Source of the DNA: Nemertoderma westbladi
Taxonomy: Eukaryota > Animalia > Xenacoelomorpha
Direction of reading: 5' to 3'
Assembly: GCA_032718475.1 (NCBI GenBank)
Contig: JAUCBJ010004179.1
Location: 1 to 64,000, forward strand
DNA length: 64,000 nt
Part shown: piece after piece, positions 26,181 through 38,690 of the stretch
Position numbering within the stretch: position 1 is the first letter of the stretch
How the letters are laid out: every line of letters begins with the position of its first letter
Made by a program: the position numbers and the translations under genes
Notes under the pieces: generated by a model
Database searches by the model: none
Told to the model about the DNA's origin: nothing
Seen by the model: only the letters and a program-made list of their open reading frames with translations

Positions 26181-26363
26181 TGTCGTGATATTCATCACTG
26201 ATTTACGGATTGTGCTATTATCGCTCGGAGTATAAACATTGAGAATCAGAAACTCTATTTTTTTTCCCCGACGGCCTTCGGCCAAACCGACCCAGTGCAA
26301 CTGCCCAGCAGAACGGTGACGCGTACAAATCTAACCCGGTCGGGATCTTAGGATCCCGTCACA

Positions 26364-28169
26364 ACCCAGGTCTGCGGACTCCGTCCCAGGTCTGCGGACT
26401 CCGTCCCAGGTCTGCGGACTCAGACCCAGGTCTGCGGACTCCGTCCCAGGTCTGCGGACTCCGTCCCAGGTCTGCGGACTTAGACCCAGGTCTGCGGATT
26501 CCGTCCCAGATCTGCGGACTCCGTCCCAGGTCTGCGGACTCCGTCCCAGGTCTGCGGACTCCGTCCCAGGTCTGCGGACTCCGTCCCAGGTCTGCGGACT
26601 CCGTCCCAGGTCTGCGGACTCCGTCCCAGGTCTGCGGACTTAGACCCAGGTCTGCGGATTCCGTCCCAGATCTGCGGACTCCGTCCCAGGTCTGCGGACT
26701 CCGTCCCAGGTCTGCGGACTCCGTCCCAGGTCTGCGGACTCCGTCCCAGGTCTGCGGACTCCGTCCCAGGTCTGCGGACTCCGTCCCAGGTCTGCGGACT
26801 CCGTCCCAGGTCTGCGGACTCCGTCCTGGGTCTACGGACCTAGACCCAGGTTTGCGGACTCCGTCCCAGACCTGCGGACTCCGTCCCAGGTCTGCGGACT
26901 CCGTCCCAGGTCTGCGGACTCCGTCCCAGGTCTGCGGACTCCGTCCCAGGTCTGCGGACTTAGACCCAGGTCTGCGGATTCCGTCCCAGATCTGCGGACT
27001 CCGTCCCAGGTCTGCGGACTCCGTCCCAGGTCTGCGGACTCAGACCCAGGTCTGCGGATTCCGTCCCAGATCTGCGGACTCCGTCCCAGGTCTGCGGACT
27101 CCGTCCCAGGTCTGCGGACTCCGTCCCAGGTCTGCGGACTCCGTCCCAGGTCTGCGGACTCCGTCCCAGGTCTGCGGACTTAGACCCAGGTCTGCGGATT
27201 CCGTCCCAGATCTGCGGACTCCGTCCCAGGTCTGCGGACTCCGTCCCAGGTCTGCGGACTCCGTCCCAGGTCTGCGGACTCCGTCCCAGGTCTGCGGACT
27301 CCGTCCCAGGTCTGCGGACTCCGTCCCATGTCTGCGGACTTAGACCCAGGTCTGCGGATTCCGTCCCAGATCTGCGGACTCCGTCCCAGGTCTGCGGACT
27401 CCGTCCCAGGTCTGCGGACTCCGTCCCAGGTCTGCGGACTCCGTCCCAGGTCTGCGGACTCCGTCCCAGGTCTGCGGACTTAGACCCAGATCTACGGATT
27501 CCGTCCCAGGTCTGCGGACTCCGTCCCAGGTCTGCGGACTCCGTCCCAGGTCTGCGGACTCCGTCCCAGGTCTGCGGACTCCGTCCCAGGTCTGCGGACT
27601 TAGACCCAGGTCTGCGGATTCCGTCCCAGATCTGCGGACTCCGTCCCAGGTCTGCGGACTCCGTCCCAGGTATGTGGACTCCGTCCCAGGTCTGCGGACT
27701 CCGACCCAGGTCTGCGGACTCCGTCCCAGGTCTGCGGACTCCGTCCCAGGTATGCGGACTCCGTCCCAGATCTGCGGACTTAGACCCAGGTCTGCGGATT
27801 CCGTCCCAGATCTGCGGACTCCGTCCCAGGTCTGCGGACTCCGTCCCAGGTCTGCGGACTCCGTCCTAGGTCTGCGGACCTAGACCCAGGTTTGCGGACT
27901 CCGTCCCAGGTCTGCGGACTCCGTCCCAGGTCTGCGGACTTAGACCCAGGTCTGCGGACTCCGTCCCAGATCTGCGGACTCCGTCCCAGGTCTGCGGACT
28001 CCGTCCCAGGTCTGCGGACTTAGACCCAGGTTAGCGGACTCCGTCCCAGGTCTGCGGACTCCGTCCCAGGTTCTGCGGACTCCGCCCCAGGTCTGCGGAC
28101 TCCGTCCCAGGTCTGCGGACTCCGTCCCAGGTATGCGGACTCCGTCCCAGATCTGCGGACTCAGACCCA
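26364..28169. repeat. 20-bp satellite, right part (about 90 copies, recurrent TAGACCCAGG/GGATT/CCCAGA variant block)
   Basis: Tandem copies visible. Confidence 0.95.
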
Positions 28170-28559
28170 CTGTAAATCAACTGTAAATAAGTTTCAAATT
28201 CCCCTCTTTTTTAGTTAGTTAATTATAACAAACATGTCGTATGTTAGTGATGGGTATTGTTTGGTGTATATGCGAAATTTGAAATGTTGTTAACTCTGTA
28301 AATATAATAAACTTGGAAGTAAAAACATTGTACAAATCGATGAAGTATTTGTACCGATGTACCATTTCATTATTGAATATAATAATCGTTGCTGCCAACT
28401 TGTTTATGATTTCTTTGTTTTTATTATTTATTATTTATTATTACATTTTATTTCGAAATAGATATCATTTCAAAAAATACATACATTACATATACCGGTA
28501 TATAGCACAACAATTATTTTACAATTCGTTACTTGTGTGTAATTTACACCGCAGAAAGC

Positions 28560-29625
28560 ATTTATAGATCTGAGAATATGTTCTAAGATGTCGGATACTT
28601 AAAAGAATAGAATTCCTCTAGACATATCAATCATGCCGAACAAACTAATAATGGAAAATCGTCTAATATGGGGAAAGCATTTGAGTCCCAAGCTAACTAA
28701 CATAGTGCTAGCGCTACAGTCATACTTAAATCCGAATAGACGACGTTCAGTGAAATTGTATGCCACTCTAAGGCGATCAAGTGTTGAGTTACAAAAATAT
28801 GTCTGCCCAGAAAGAGTTTCAATAAATGGCACTGCAATAACTGATAAACAGGTACAATTTACCTTGTTTACTGCACTTGCTAAAATATCTAAGAAGTATA
28901 TTAGCACGGACGGATGTCTATATCGTCTGCAAAGTCGCAACTAATAAAATGACCCAAATGTTTATATTTCGTAACCAGTTCTAGAACAACATTATTCAAC
29001 GTTATTGGTAATTCAGATACAATACTGCGAGTACAACAGTAAAATAATATGCGCATACTAATTTCTAAGTATTAAATGACATGTTGTATATTAATTAATT
29101 TTTGCAATACAGAAGGGGATGTCGAAATAATACACTGTCATCAGCGTAAAAACAGTGATTGGTGCAGGCGTGATGTAAGCTGCACCCAACAGTGATTGGT
29201 GCAGGCGTGATGTAAGCTGCACCCAACAGTGATTGGTGCAGGCGTGATGTAAGCTGCACCCAACAGTGATTGGTGCAGGCGTGATGTAAGCTGCACCCAA
29301 CAGTGATTGGTGCAGGCGTGATGTAAGCTGCACCCAACAGTGATTGGTGCAGGCGTGATGTAAGCTGCACCCAATACCTGTGTAAGTTAGTGATTGGTGC
29401 AGGCGTGATGTAAGCTGCACCCAATACCTGTGTAAGTTAGTGATTGGTGCAGGCGTGATGTAAGCTGCACCCAATACCTGTGTAAGTTAGTGATTGGTGC
29501 AGGCGTGATGTAAGCTGCACCCAATACCTGTGTAAGTTAGTGATTGGTGCAGGCGTGATGTAAGCTGCACCCAATACCTGTGTAAGTTAAGTTAATGCAC
29601 AACTCAAAATCGTTGGTGTAGACAT
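28560..29625 (-). mobile_element. Degenerate LINE RT/ORF2 fragment
   Basis: Minus-strand GIGCSLHHACTNHCFYADDSVLF (YADD motif) and a downstream LRVAYN..RRLFG..CSASTM segment. Confidence 0.65.
29151..29589. repeat. Compound minisatellite: about 5 x 37 bp then 5 x 50 bp, derived from LINE RT sequence
   Basis: Units AACAGTGATTGGTGCAGGCGTGATGTAAGCTGCACCC and the same extended by AATACCTGTGTAAGTT. Confidence 0.9.
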
Positions 29626-29829
29626 TAAAGAAATGGCGACTTAGAATTCCACCTTGCCTAACACCATTAGAATATGAAAATGAAGCTGATATATAACCAT
29701 CCCATAAAACTCAGACAATTTGATTTACACACCAGAAACATATTATTAACGGGGTGGTTATGTTTGAGCTAGGCTAACTATAACTCCACTATGCATAATT
29801 TATCATCATTAATATTTCTTATGAACACC

Positions 29830-30860
29830 ATTATTATTATTATTTATTTCGTACACTGGCATGCAGCCAGGAACAGAGTAAGTAAAGAGCAGAGAGAAGA
29901 GACAAAAAGCACAAAATAATACATAGATTATTATACAGAGAAGGCAATAATACACGGTAAACAGATATAGTGTCATCATAATCTACACAAAAATATGGAA
30001 ATACAATTAATTAATTAGTACGTAGTGACATGCACCAATAAATCTGACATTTCTGATTTTGAAAAATCCGGAAGTTCAAAAGTGTCGAACTTCAAACAAT
30101 TTACGAGTTCCCTAGCACAATCAACTCGCCAATTTTCTGATTCTTCTACATAAATATATCGTAAAGAATTAATCTCCTCATTGGTTAAATTGTTTAAATT
30201 CGGTTGCTTTAATTCATATAAATTACGTCTCAAATTGAGACCAATACGGTTTCTGCAGTCAAAAATTGTCAAATACGATAGAAATTGAATCGGATACTGA
30301 GCTATACACAGATTTAATGAAATTCAGCAACCGTTTACAAATCATTACTCGTGGATGGGAAAATTGTACAAGGCGTTCTACAATAAATCTATGACTGTTA
30401 AAAGGTAATCCCCATATAATACGAATATTATTGTTCCAAGCTGTAATAATTTTAGACTACACCCAAACTACACTCCCATAAAAAGTAGTGGCGTAAATTC
30501 TTTGAATATTTGAAATACACGAAGGTGATGCGAATGAAATTTCCTGTCTTAAATTTCTAAGCTTACCAATAAAAGCTCCCCGTTTAAAGAATTAAGTCCT
30601 TATCTAATTTACACCTATAGTCTAGTGTGATACCTAAATGCTGTGCTTGTTGAACCCACTGTAGACTAATATTATCTTCCACTATGTTACACAGTGGTGG
30701 ACTCCAATTAAAACTAAATGGTATACATTTTGATTTACATTTTGCCTGATTTACATCAACACTGAGTTTCAATTTAATTTCAGCACAAAAATTGGAGCAT
30801 ATCATTATCATAAATTGTAAACCAGTCACTTTATTTACCAATTACAATTTCAATTAAAGA
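29830..30860 (-). mobile_element. Degenerate 5'-truncated LINE
   Basis: Frameshifted ORF2 pieces (KCKSKCIPF...WVQQAQHLG; FYGS.VW), TAA-rich tail at about 29831. Confidence 0.6.
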
Positions 30861-30972
30861 TTTAACAATTATGCATAACAATTAAGTATTTTAAAGACAA
30901 CTCACCTCTACGACAACTCAACTCACCTCCAATTCCCCTTCGAATAATTAAATATGAAATATTTGTTTATAG

Positions 30973-31283
30973 ATTTGTCAATGTCAAAATCAGGCAACTT
31001 GCAATCCGATTGATGGTTATTGCGACTGTAGGGCTGGCTGGCGGGGGACTCAATGCGAGGAAACGTGTCCCGCTGGTAGATATGGACCTTATTGTAACGG
31101 AATCTGTAGTTGTCCTGACAACCTCACATGCAACAGGTTCGACGGATCTTGTCTCTGTCCGCCCGGAAAACAAGGACTCCAATGCGCGGATGAATGCGAC
31201 CCTGGGAGATACGGGAGGATGTGTGCATCCGTGTGCCAATGCAGCAGCACTGCTGACTGCGACACAGTTAACGGGCAATGTAG
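30973..31283 (+). CDS. Multiple-EGF-repeat gene, exon 6
   Basis: tatag acceptor, ICQCQNQATCNPIDGYCDC...CDTVNGQC, AG|GTAAGT donor; phase 0 to 2. Confidence 0.9.
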
Positions 31284-31579
31284 GTAAGTGATAACTGGAG
31301 GAGAAGGGTTTATTGCGAGGTTAGAGGATGATTTTATGCGCAATTGCGCCCAACTTTCAAAACTGCGGACAGTATAGCCCATACCATCATAAACGTAAAC
31401 GTTGCCAGAACTACAACAAACTATAACACTAGATATAATCCGAATTGTAACCATCAAAAACCATTGGTTGGTGCAAGTTCGTAGTCTTGCATCCCAGCGA
31501 TCAGTGAAGACATGCAAAAAAATAAAAAAATTAAAAGTGCCTCAAAGTCTACAAAGTGTACTTTTAATTATTTCGTTAG

Positions 31580-31911
31580 GTGTAAACCTGGATGGACAGG
31601 TGAAAATTGCCAAGAGAAATGTGAACCCGGTTACTATGGAAACAACTGTGAGAAGCAATGCCGCTGCGCTAACGGAGTTTGTAATAGACTTAATGGGGAG
31701 TGCCGTTGCAACGTGGGCTACAGGGGGGTTCACTGCGATCAGAGATGTCCTACGGGACAGTTTGGGGCGGGCTGCGCCGGGGTGTGTACCTGCAGCGATC
31801 GGGGTGAATGCGATCCGGTTACGGGGTTCTGTGAATGCGAGGCTGGCTGGACTGGTGGGAAATGCGACGAGAGATGTCCCGAGGGAACCTTCGGAAAGAA
31901 TTGCGAAGGAG
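31580..31911 (+). CDS. Multiple-EGF-repeat gene, exon 7
   Basis: gttag acceptor, CKPGWTGENCQEKC...GKNCEG, G|GTGGGT donor; phase 2 to 1. Confidence 0.88.
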
Positions 31912-32159
31912 GTGGGTTAATCAATCACATCGAATCTGGAATAAGTTGTTCTTTTCAGTTAACTTTGTGGGATGCTATTATGGCGCTCTTAAGGGATACG
32001 TTTTTATTTTGGTTCTGTTACAACAGAACGGTATCAGCCTCATCATGTAGGTCTATAAATATAAAATCTAGTTATAAAAGCTGTAAAATCCAACGTAGAG
32101 AAAATACAATTTATTGATTGTATTTTGGTTTGTTTATTTTATTTCTTCCGCATATTTAG

Positions 32160-32330
32160 GTTGTGAATGCAAGAATGGGGGAAGGTGTACAGGAAGTAGT
32201 GGAGAATGTATGTGCCGAGCAGGTTACCAAGGCAATATGTGTCAGCTCGAGTGCGACCCTGGTATCTACGGCATTGGTTGCTCACTTCAGTGCAACTGTC
32301 AGAATGGTGGCTACTGCCACCACGAAACGG
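32160..32330 (+). CDS. Multiple-EGF-repeat gene, exon 8
   Basis: tttag acceptor, CECKNGGRCTGSSGEC...GGYCHHET, G|GTAAGT donor; phase 1 to 1. Confidence 0.9.
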
Positions 32331-32682
32331 GTAAGTTAAATTGTCAGAATGGTGGCTACTGCCATCACGAAACGGGTAAGTTAAATTGTCAGATTGGTGG
32401 CTACTGCCACCACGAAACGGGTAAGTTAAATTGTCAGATTGGTGGCTACTGCCACCACGAAACGGGTAAGTTAAATTGTCAGAATGGTGGCTACTGCCAC
32501 CACGAAACGGGTAAGTTAAATTGTCAGAATGGTGGCTACTGCCACCACGAAACGGGTAAGTTAAATTGTCAGATTGGTGGCTACTGCCACCACGAAACGG
32601 GTAAGATAAATTGTCAGAATGGTGGCTACTGCCACCACGAAACGGGTAAGTTATATTGTCAGAGTGGTGGCTACTGCCACCA
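32294..32682 (+). repeat. 45-bp array made from the exon 3' end plus donor (AATTGTCAGAATGGTGGCTACTGCCACCACGAAACGG|GTAAGTTA), 8 full copies plus a partial
   Basis: GTAAG donors at 32331 + 45n up to 32646. Confidence 0.95.
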
Positions 32683-32988
32683 CTCTCACCACTCTGCCAC
32701 CACATTCAGTTAGTGTAACAAGCAGTACATCATTTATATATCGTATGTATCTATAGGGCCTAATTGCCATCGTTATAATACTGTCATCAACTCAGGCTAA
32801 GCTCAATTATATTGTAAAGTCTTAGTAGGTTTTGTATATCTGGGACGTGCGATTAAACTAACAAAACCAGAAAACTGAACCAAGGTCCCAGCCGGGTACC
32901 AACGGCTGTTGGGTAGACTTAATGGAAGATTTAACAAACTTTCATAGGAGGCTTGTACATGTACATTATATTGGTTGCTCCGATGTTT

Positions 32989-33086
32989 GTGGGGCGAGCC
33001 ACGAAGTTGGCGGAGCCTTAGCGAATTGACACTGTTAGGGGGTGGGTCAATTTATGCAAATAGTTGTCGTCGTCGTCGTCGTCGTT

Positions 33087-33130
<44 letters not shown>

Positions 33131-33979
33131 TACGATTTTGACATGCTAATAACTTTGTCGGATTTAAAGCTGCCAAGTTGAAAATTTGTAGGTATCAATA
33201 TGAGCTAAAGTTGAGATTTTTGAGAGACTTTCAGACACCATCAGTGCAATGGTCTCCCGCTAGAGGGCCACATGTCTAAACATTAAATGCCCTCCCATTT
33301 ATTTTCTTTTAATCCGTTTAAGCTGAAACTTGGCAGATATGTATTAGACCATTAGCTGTGACTTTCAAAGGAGGCGAATCCATCTGCAGTTCTCCAGTCT
33401 GCCGCTAGAGGGCCAAATGTCTGAATGTGAAATCGTTGTCGTCGTTATGATATTGACATGCTTATAACTTTGTCGAATTTAAAGCTGCCAAGTTGAAAAT
33501 TTGTTTTGTTGAAAATCAGTTCAACAGTCACCCGCTATAGGACTACTTTATGCCTGAAAGTGAATAGATTCTCCCGTCTCATTGATTTTAATCAGTTTAA
33601 GCTGAATCTTGCCATATATTCTGGACCACATGCTGCGTCTTTGTGGGGGGGGGGGGGGGGGGGGAGATTTAATCGGTCTGCCGCTATACGACGAAATTTC
33701 TGAAAGTGAGATCCGTCTCTCATTTCGTTATCTGTTATTCAAGATGAAACTTGGCCGATGTACGTATGTACTATTCATCCATAGGCTGTGTCTTTGTGGG
33801 GTTGGAGACCCTAATCCATCTTCAGTTCTCACTATACCGCTAGAGTCAGAAATGTCTGAATAGAAATGAAAGAGTTAAAAAGTGATTAGGCGAAATCTGC
33901 TTAAAATTTGCTAATACAGTAATACTTTCGAATTAGTACTTAAATTAAATTTAAGTCACGTGCTGCGCGAAGGCCCCAC
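32989..33979 (+). mobile_element. HINE/Helentron-associated-like non-autonomous element with (CGT)n microsatellite
   Basis: GTGGGGC...GCCCCAC termini in a T-run, 5' hairpin, (CGT)n at about 33066-33130, internal diverged repeats; same termini at 35367-37222. Family assignment is by architecture only. Confidence 0.55.
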
Positions 33980-33992
33980 TTTGTGTATATTA

Positions 33993-34524
33993 GGCTAACT
34001 GAGAATGTATTTGGTATAAATAATTAGTGTTCTTTATTTTATTTATCTAATACAGAAAGCCCCCTCCGCAGAATCTCTTTGGGGCCGTTTCCCAAGTTGC
34101 GGATATGGATAACAATTCACACATCGCAGTAATTGTGATTATTATTTGTTTGCCTAGGCGAATGTGTATTACATTACATTAAATGGGAGGCAGTTTTTCG
34201 TTTAAAAGAGGGCTTTAAACGAACCTGTCTAAAACAAACTCCAAGAAACAGATGGGATTGGAAGATGAAAACCAAGAATGACTTGCATCAACCAAAAAAC
34301 TGCCTCCCATTTAATGTAATACACATTCGCCTAGGCAAACAAATCATAATCACAACTACTGCGATGTGTGAAATGTTATCCTTATCTGTAACCTGGGAAA
34401 CGGCCCAAAAGAACAGTTTATTCTGCGGAGGCCTTTCTGTATTAGATAAATAAAGTACACTCAATACACTCACACAAAAAAACACTAATTACAGTATTTA
34501 TACCAAATACATTCTCAGTTAGCC
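33993..34524. mobile_element. Foldback MITE with about 200-bp inverted arms
   Basis: GGCTAACTGAGAATGTATTTGGTATAAATA... mirrored at 34524; TA flanks. Confidence 0.8.
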
Positions 34525-34857
34525 TAATAAAAACATTGCAGCAACCAATATAATGTACTGTACAAGCCTCCTATGAAAGTAAATTCGTTCTAGTAAATAA
34601 GTTGCCTTCCTTGAAAGTTTTCAGTGAAAATCGACTAAATCAGCCCAAGATTTACTTATTATTATGTACTTTTTCTTTTATCCGAGTGAGTCTTTTACGT
34701 AATTCAACCTAGTGCATTCCAATCATTCCAATCTCTTAAATATTGAATTAATCACGCTTTCCAATCTCATTACTGGGTAGTTTGTTGTACAATATTGGAA
34801 TATAATGTGAATCAATATGTAATGTGCGGACAACAATTTCCATTTTATTTTATCAAG

Positions 34858-34986
34858 GTGATTGTGATTGCGCACCTGGTAAAACTGGTCCAACTTGCAA
34901 TGAAAATTGTCCGCCCGGCAAATTTGGGAAATTCTGTGCGATGGTTTGCCGATGTGGGGACCACGGTGTCTGTTCTCCTATTACAG
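34858..34986 (+). CDS. Multiple-EGF-repeat gene, exon 9
   Basis: tcaag acceptor, DCDCAPGKTGPTCNENC...VCSPIT, G|GTGAGA donor; phase 1 to 1. Confidence 0.9.
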
Positions 34987-35364
34987 GTGAGAGTTCACAT
35001 TCCGTTTGTTTCGTTAACTAAGAGTATTACTGTCTTTTGTAGTAACTACCCGACTTGTGATGAAGCTTTGTTCGATTTAGTATAATAAGTTTATTTATTT
35101 AATTTGTTTAATATTTTTATAACTAACTCATCGTTCACAATTGATTTATTTTGTTTGGCTCATATATCTACTTTATCTCCCGTAATATATATATTTATTA
35201 TTCTACATTCACACTGTATATATATTCATTCAAATAAATGTAAAAAAGGGGGTCCGTTACATCGGACCTCATTTTTACAACTTTGTAGTTTTCATCATAG
35301 TTCATAGTATACGTTTTAATACGTTTTTATAAACATTTTAATATTGTAAATATTTATTGTAGAA

Positions 35365-37550
35365 CTGTGGGGCGAGCCACGAAGTGAGTGAGCCTTAGCG
35401 TAGGGGTACCATTAATCAACCTGTGGGGCGAGCCACGAAGTGAGTGAGCCTTAGCGTAGTGGTACCATTAATCAACCTGTGGGGCGAGCCACGAAGTGAG
35501 TGAGCCTTAGCGTAGTGGTACCATTAATCAACCTGTGGGGCGAGCCACGAAGTGAGTGAGCCTTAGCGTAGTGGTACCATTAATCAACCTGTCGTTCTGT
35601 CGTTCTTGTTCAATTTTAAACGTTAATAACTCGGCCAATCTTCGACGAAATCTATCCAAACTTGGTACACATGTTGTTTGGCAAAAGTTTAGAAATTTTC
35701 CAAGTTGAATTTTCGTGTGGCCTTCGAGAAGCTAAGATAATAGCAGTTAATTAGTTAATTAAATTGATTACGGTAAAAACAGCACTTTCAACCTGCCTGT
35801 TAAAGGAAATTAATTCTTTTACAGTATAAGACTTCAATACTTATACTTCAAAATTATACAGATGTAATCCACATACCCCATTCTATTATAGTTTTTAATT
35901 AGTTCAAGTGATTTGCTTTAATAAATGTGTCTTTAATTGATCTAAACGTAATTAAACGGCCCAATTATTGAGTACAAATTTAATCCTTCCCATTATTGGT
36001 CAAGTCTCTGCTGGTGTGGAGCTAGCTGGCTGGGAGTTGTGGCTGTAAACTAACCAGAGAGGAATTGTAATAGGCAACCAGTATTGCTATTCCAGCCCAG
36101 ACAGCATTCTTTAAATCCCACATCCCACCATCATTCCTGTATTCCAATTCCTATTGACTCTACTATAAATGTTGTATTGCTATCTCAGGTAAATGACAGA
36201 TATAATAACATAAATACTATCCATGGCATGGCTGTTGTGTAGGCTTATATATGAAATAGTTTATTCCACAATGTATTTGTCTGGTTATTTTTTAATTGAA
36301 TTTTTGTAAAGTAGTAAAATTAATGTTCTTAAAAATAATTTTATTATTTTATATGTAATCAAGGAAATTAGCTACAATTTTTCGCTGCAGCTTTAAGAGG
36401 GTACATTGATTTAATATTATTTAAATACCCATATTACTACATCGGCATACGATGCGTTGGCGTTGTATCACACATCTCCACATAGATGTATCAGCAGTTA
36501 CTCGCACAGTTTCGAAACTTCGCATAGTTATAACTGTATAAAGGTCGTCAGTCTGCGTTTAGGAAAAATATTTTATGACAACACAGGACGAGCGACGAGC
36601 GCAACGAGGCATATAATGAAGACGAGTACTGCGTAGACTATATTCCTATAAACCATACCTGGCTGCGCCTATTGAACGCATCGGCAGTTATAAAGATCGT
36701 CAGTCTGCGTTTAGGAAATATATTTAAATACAAAACAGGACGAGCACAACGAGGCTTGTAAAGAAGACGAGTACTGCGTTGACTATATTATTATATAAAC
36801 CACCTGGCTTCACACATTGATCGCATCCCTAGTTATTATTATTATAAAGATCGCCCTAGCCTGCGTTTAAGAAATATATTTAAATTCAAAACAGGACGAA
36901 CGCAACGAGGCTTATAATGAAAACGAGTACTGCGTTTATTATATTCCTATAAACCACCTGGCTTTACATATTGAACGTGCGATTGGAAATAAGTTCGTGC
37001 TACCCTTCCGTGGGTGGTAGATGTCGCGGTTATGTATTGGTGGGTGGGAAGGGTGGGTGGGGGGGGGGGGGGTGCAGATTAAAAGGGCTGAACACGTACT
37101 GTACCCCTTTATTTAATTGATTGGTGGTGTGGGTAAATTTCTCAAATACTGATTTTGTGATACAGTCGCTCAGTTTTAATTTGTATCTCATAACTGGGCC
37201 TCGTGCTGCGCGAAGGCCCCACGAACGTGTCGTTCTGTCGTTCTTGTTCAATTTTAAACGTTAATAACTCGGCCAATCTTCGATGAAATCTATCCAAACT
37301 TGGTACACATGTTGTTTGGCAAAAGTTTAGAAATTTTCCAAGTTGAATTTCCGTGTGGCCGTCGAGAAGCTAAGATAATAGCAGTTAATTAGTTAATTAA
37401 GTTGATTACGGTATTTTTTTGCGGTGTTCAATTTTGAACGTTAATAACTCGATCAATCCTCGATGAAATGTAACCAAACTTGGTACACAAATAGTCTGTC
37501 AAAAGTTTAGAAATTTTCCAAGTTGAATTTGCTTGGGGCCTTCGTGCAGC
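35365..37550 (+). mobile_element. Second HINE-like element with its 5' 56 bp repeated four times and a trailing partial duplication
   Basis: 4 x 56 bp at 35365-35592; GCGCGAAGGCCCCAC end at 37222; 35590-35772 repeated at 37228-37412; three diverged units of about 150 bp at 36540-36980. Confidence 0.55.
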
Positions 37551-38009
37551 ACCAGTGTAACTGTCTTACAGTTATAATAAATTATTTATCCAAAATTATA
37601 ACGCTTGACATCAGCAGGTTGCTAGGAGACTAAATCAGCTGGGTTTCTAGCAAATTACGAAATTACAGTAATACCATTGTGGCCTGTCTGCCTGTACCGG
37701 TACTATACTCAATGTCAATCCCTGAATTAGGAATCCTGCATTCAGACAATACAGCAATACTGCAATACCATACTGTATTCGGTGTTTTACAGTACTGGCT
37801 GACTGGTACCGCGGTACCGGTGCAGTGATTATAGATCACGTATACTGGTACCGGTAGCCTACAGGACAGGCCTAATTCTGTAGGCCCTAATTAGCCATGC
37901 TGCCATGCTATGCACTGCAGTACGGAATCCGGAGTGCTGAACTGCGGTCCTGAATTAGATTAGAGGGTCCGTTGGCGCCGTACTGCCCTACTACTGTCAG
38001 TGTCAGACT

Positions 38010-38690
38010 CCAGACTGGAATCCATACACTTTGCGCCGGATTAATCCGGCGCACTTTGCAATAAAAGCGCGCCAATGTGGCGCGTGGCGCGCTCGAAAAT
38101 CGTAAAGAGCGCCGACTTTGGCGCGTGGCGCGCTCGAAAATCGTAAAGCGCGCCGGCTTTGGCCCGTGGCGCTCCCAAAAATAAAAACCGGCGCTGATTT
38201 GTTAGTTTACAGGTTTAACAATTAGGCAGTTAGGCTATGGAAGTTGGAAGTGCCTTGAAAATTGCATTAGCTGTTTAAAAATTTCGGCTTGCTTCGCTCG
38301 CCTTTCTTTTTCTGTTGTATGGTTCAGTGGTTACTAACCACTGAACCATACAACAGAAAAAGAAAGTATACAACAGTTGCCTAACCACTGGTTAGGCAAC
38401 TGTTGTATAGGGCAGCAGGGACTGGTACAGCAGTACTGACTGACTGACATTGACAGATTGGTTACACTTCCTCAAAATTGAATTTGCATTGGCATGGCGC
38501 TCTTCAAAATTGTTTCAATGTGTGGCGCGCTTAAAAATTTAGTTGGCGCGGGGTTTTTTCGAAATTGCATCGGCGTGCTTAAAAATTTAGTTGGTGCAGG
38601 GTTTTTCTTCGAAATGGCATCGGCGCGCGGCGCGCATAAAAATTGGTCAGCGCGCTATCCGGCGCACTTTTTGGATGGATTCCATACAGG
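38010..38690. mobile_element. hAT-like non-autonomous element
   Basis: Imperfect 15-bp TIR (CCAGACTGGAATCCA / TGGATTCCATACAGG), 8-bp TSD GTCAGACT, GGCGCG-rich subterminal repeats. Confidence 0.7.

Larger units (their letters stand above)
23608..26363 (+). mobile_element. Solo LTR of the 16048 family, split by about 2.1 kb of LINE fragments
   Basis: TGT...ACA termini, TSD ACCCA inside the 20-bp satellite; the halves (23608-24091, 26188-26363) are contiguous in the copy at 50077. Confidence 0.8.
32938..34580. mobile_element. TIR element (about 50-bp inverted ends) containing two nested insertions
   Basis: ACTTTCATAGGAGGCTTGTACA...ATATTGGTTGCT versus its reverse complement at about 34532-34580. 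Confidence 0.65.

Noticed and set aside
22454-28170. Repetitive ORFs over the 21-bp and 20-bp arrays
   Set aside because: Translations of minisatellites with no splice or domain support.
29373-29589. Minus-strand branch point plus acceptor (CTAACTTACACAG) repeats
   Set aside because: Sequence reads as LINE RT coding remnant and no minus-strand host gene is evident.
32975-33181. Arg-rich protamine-like ORF
   Set aside because: Translation of a (CGT)n microsatellite inside a repeat element.
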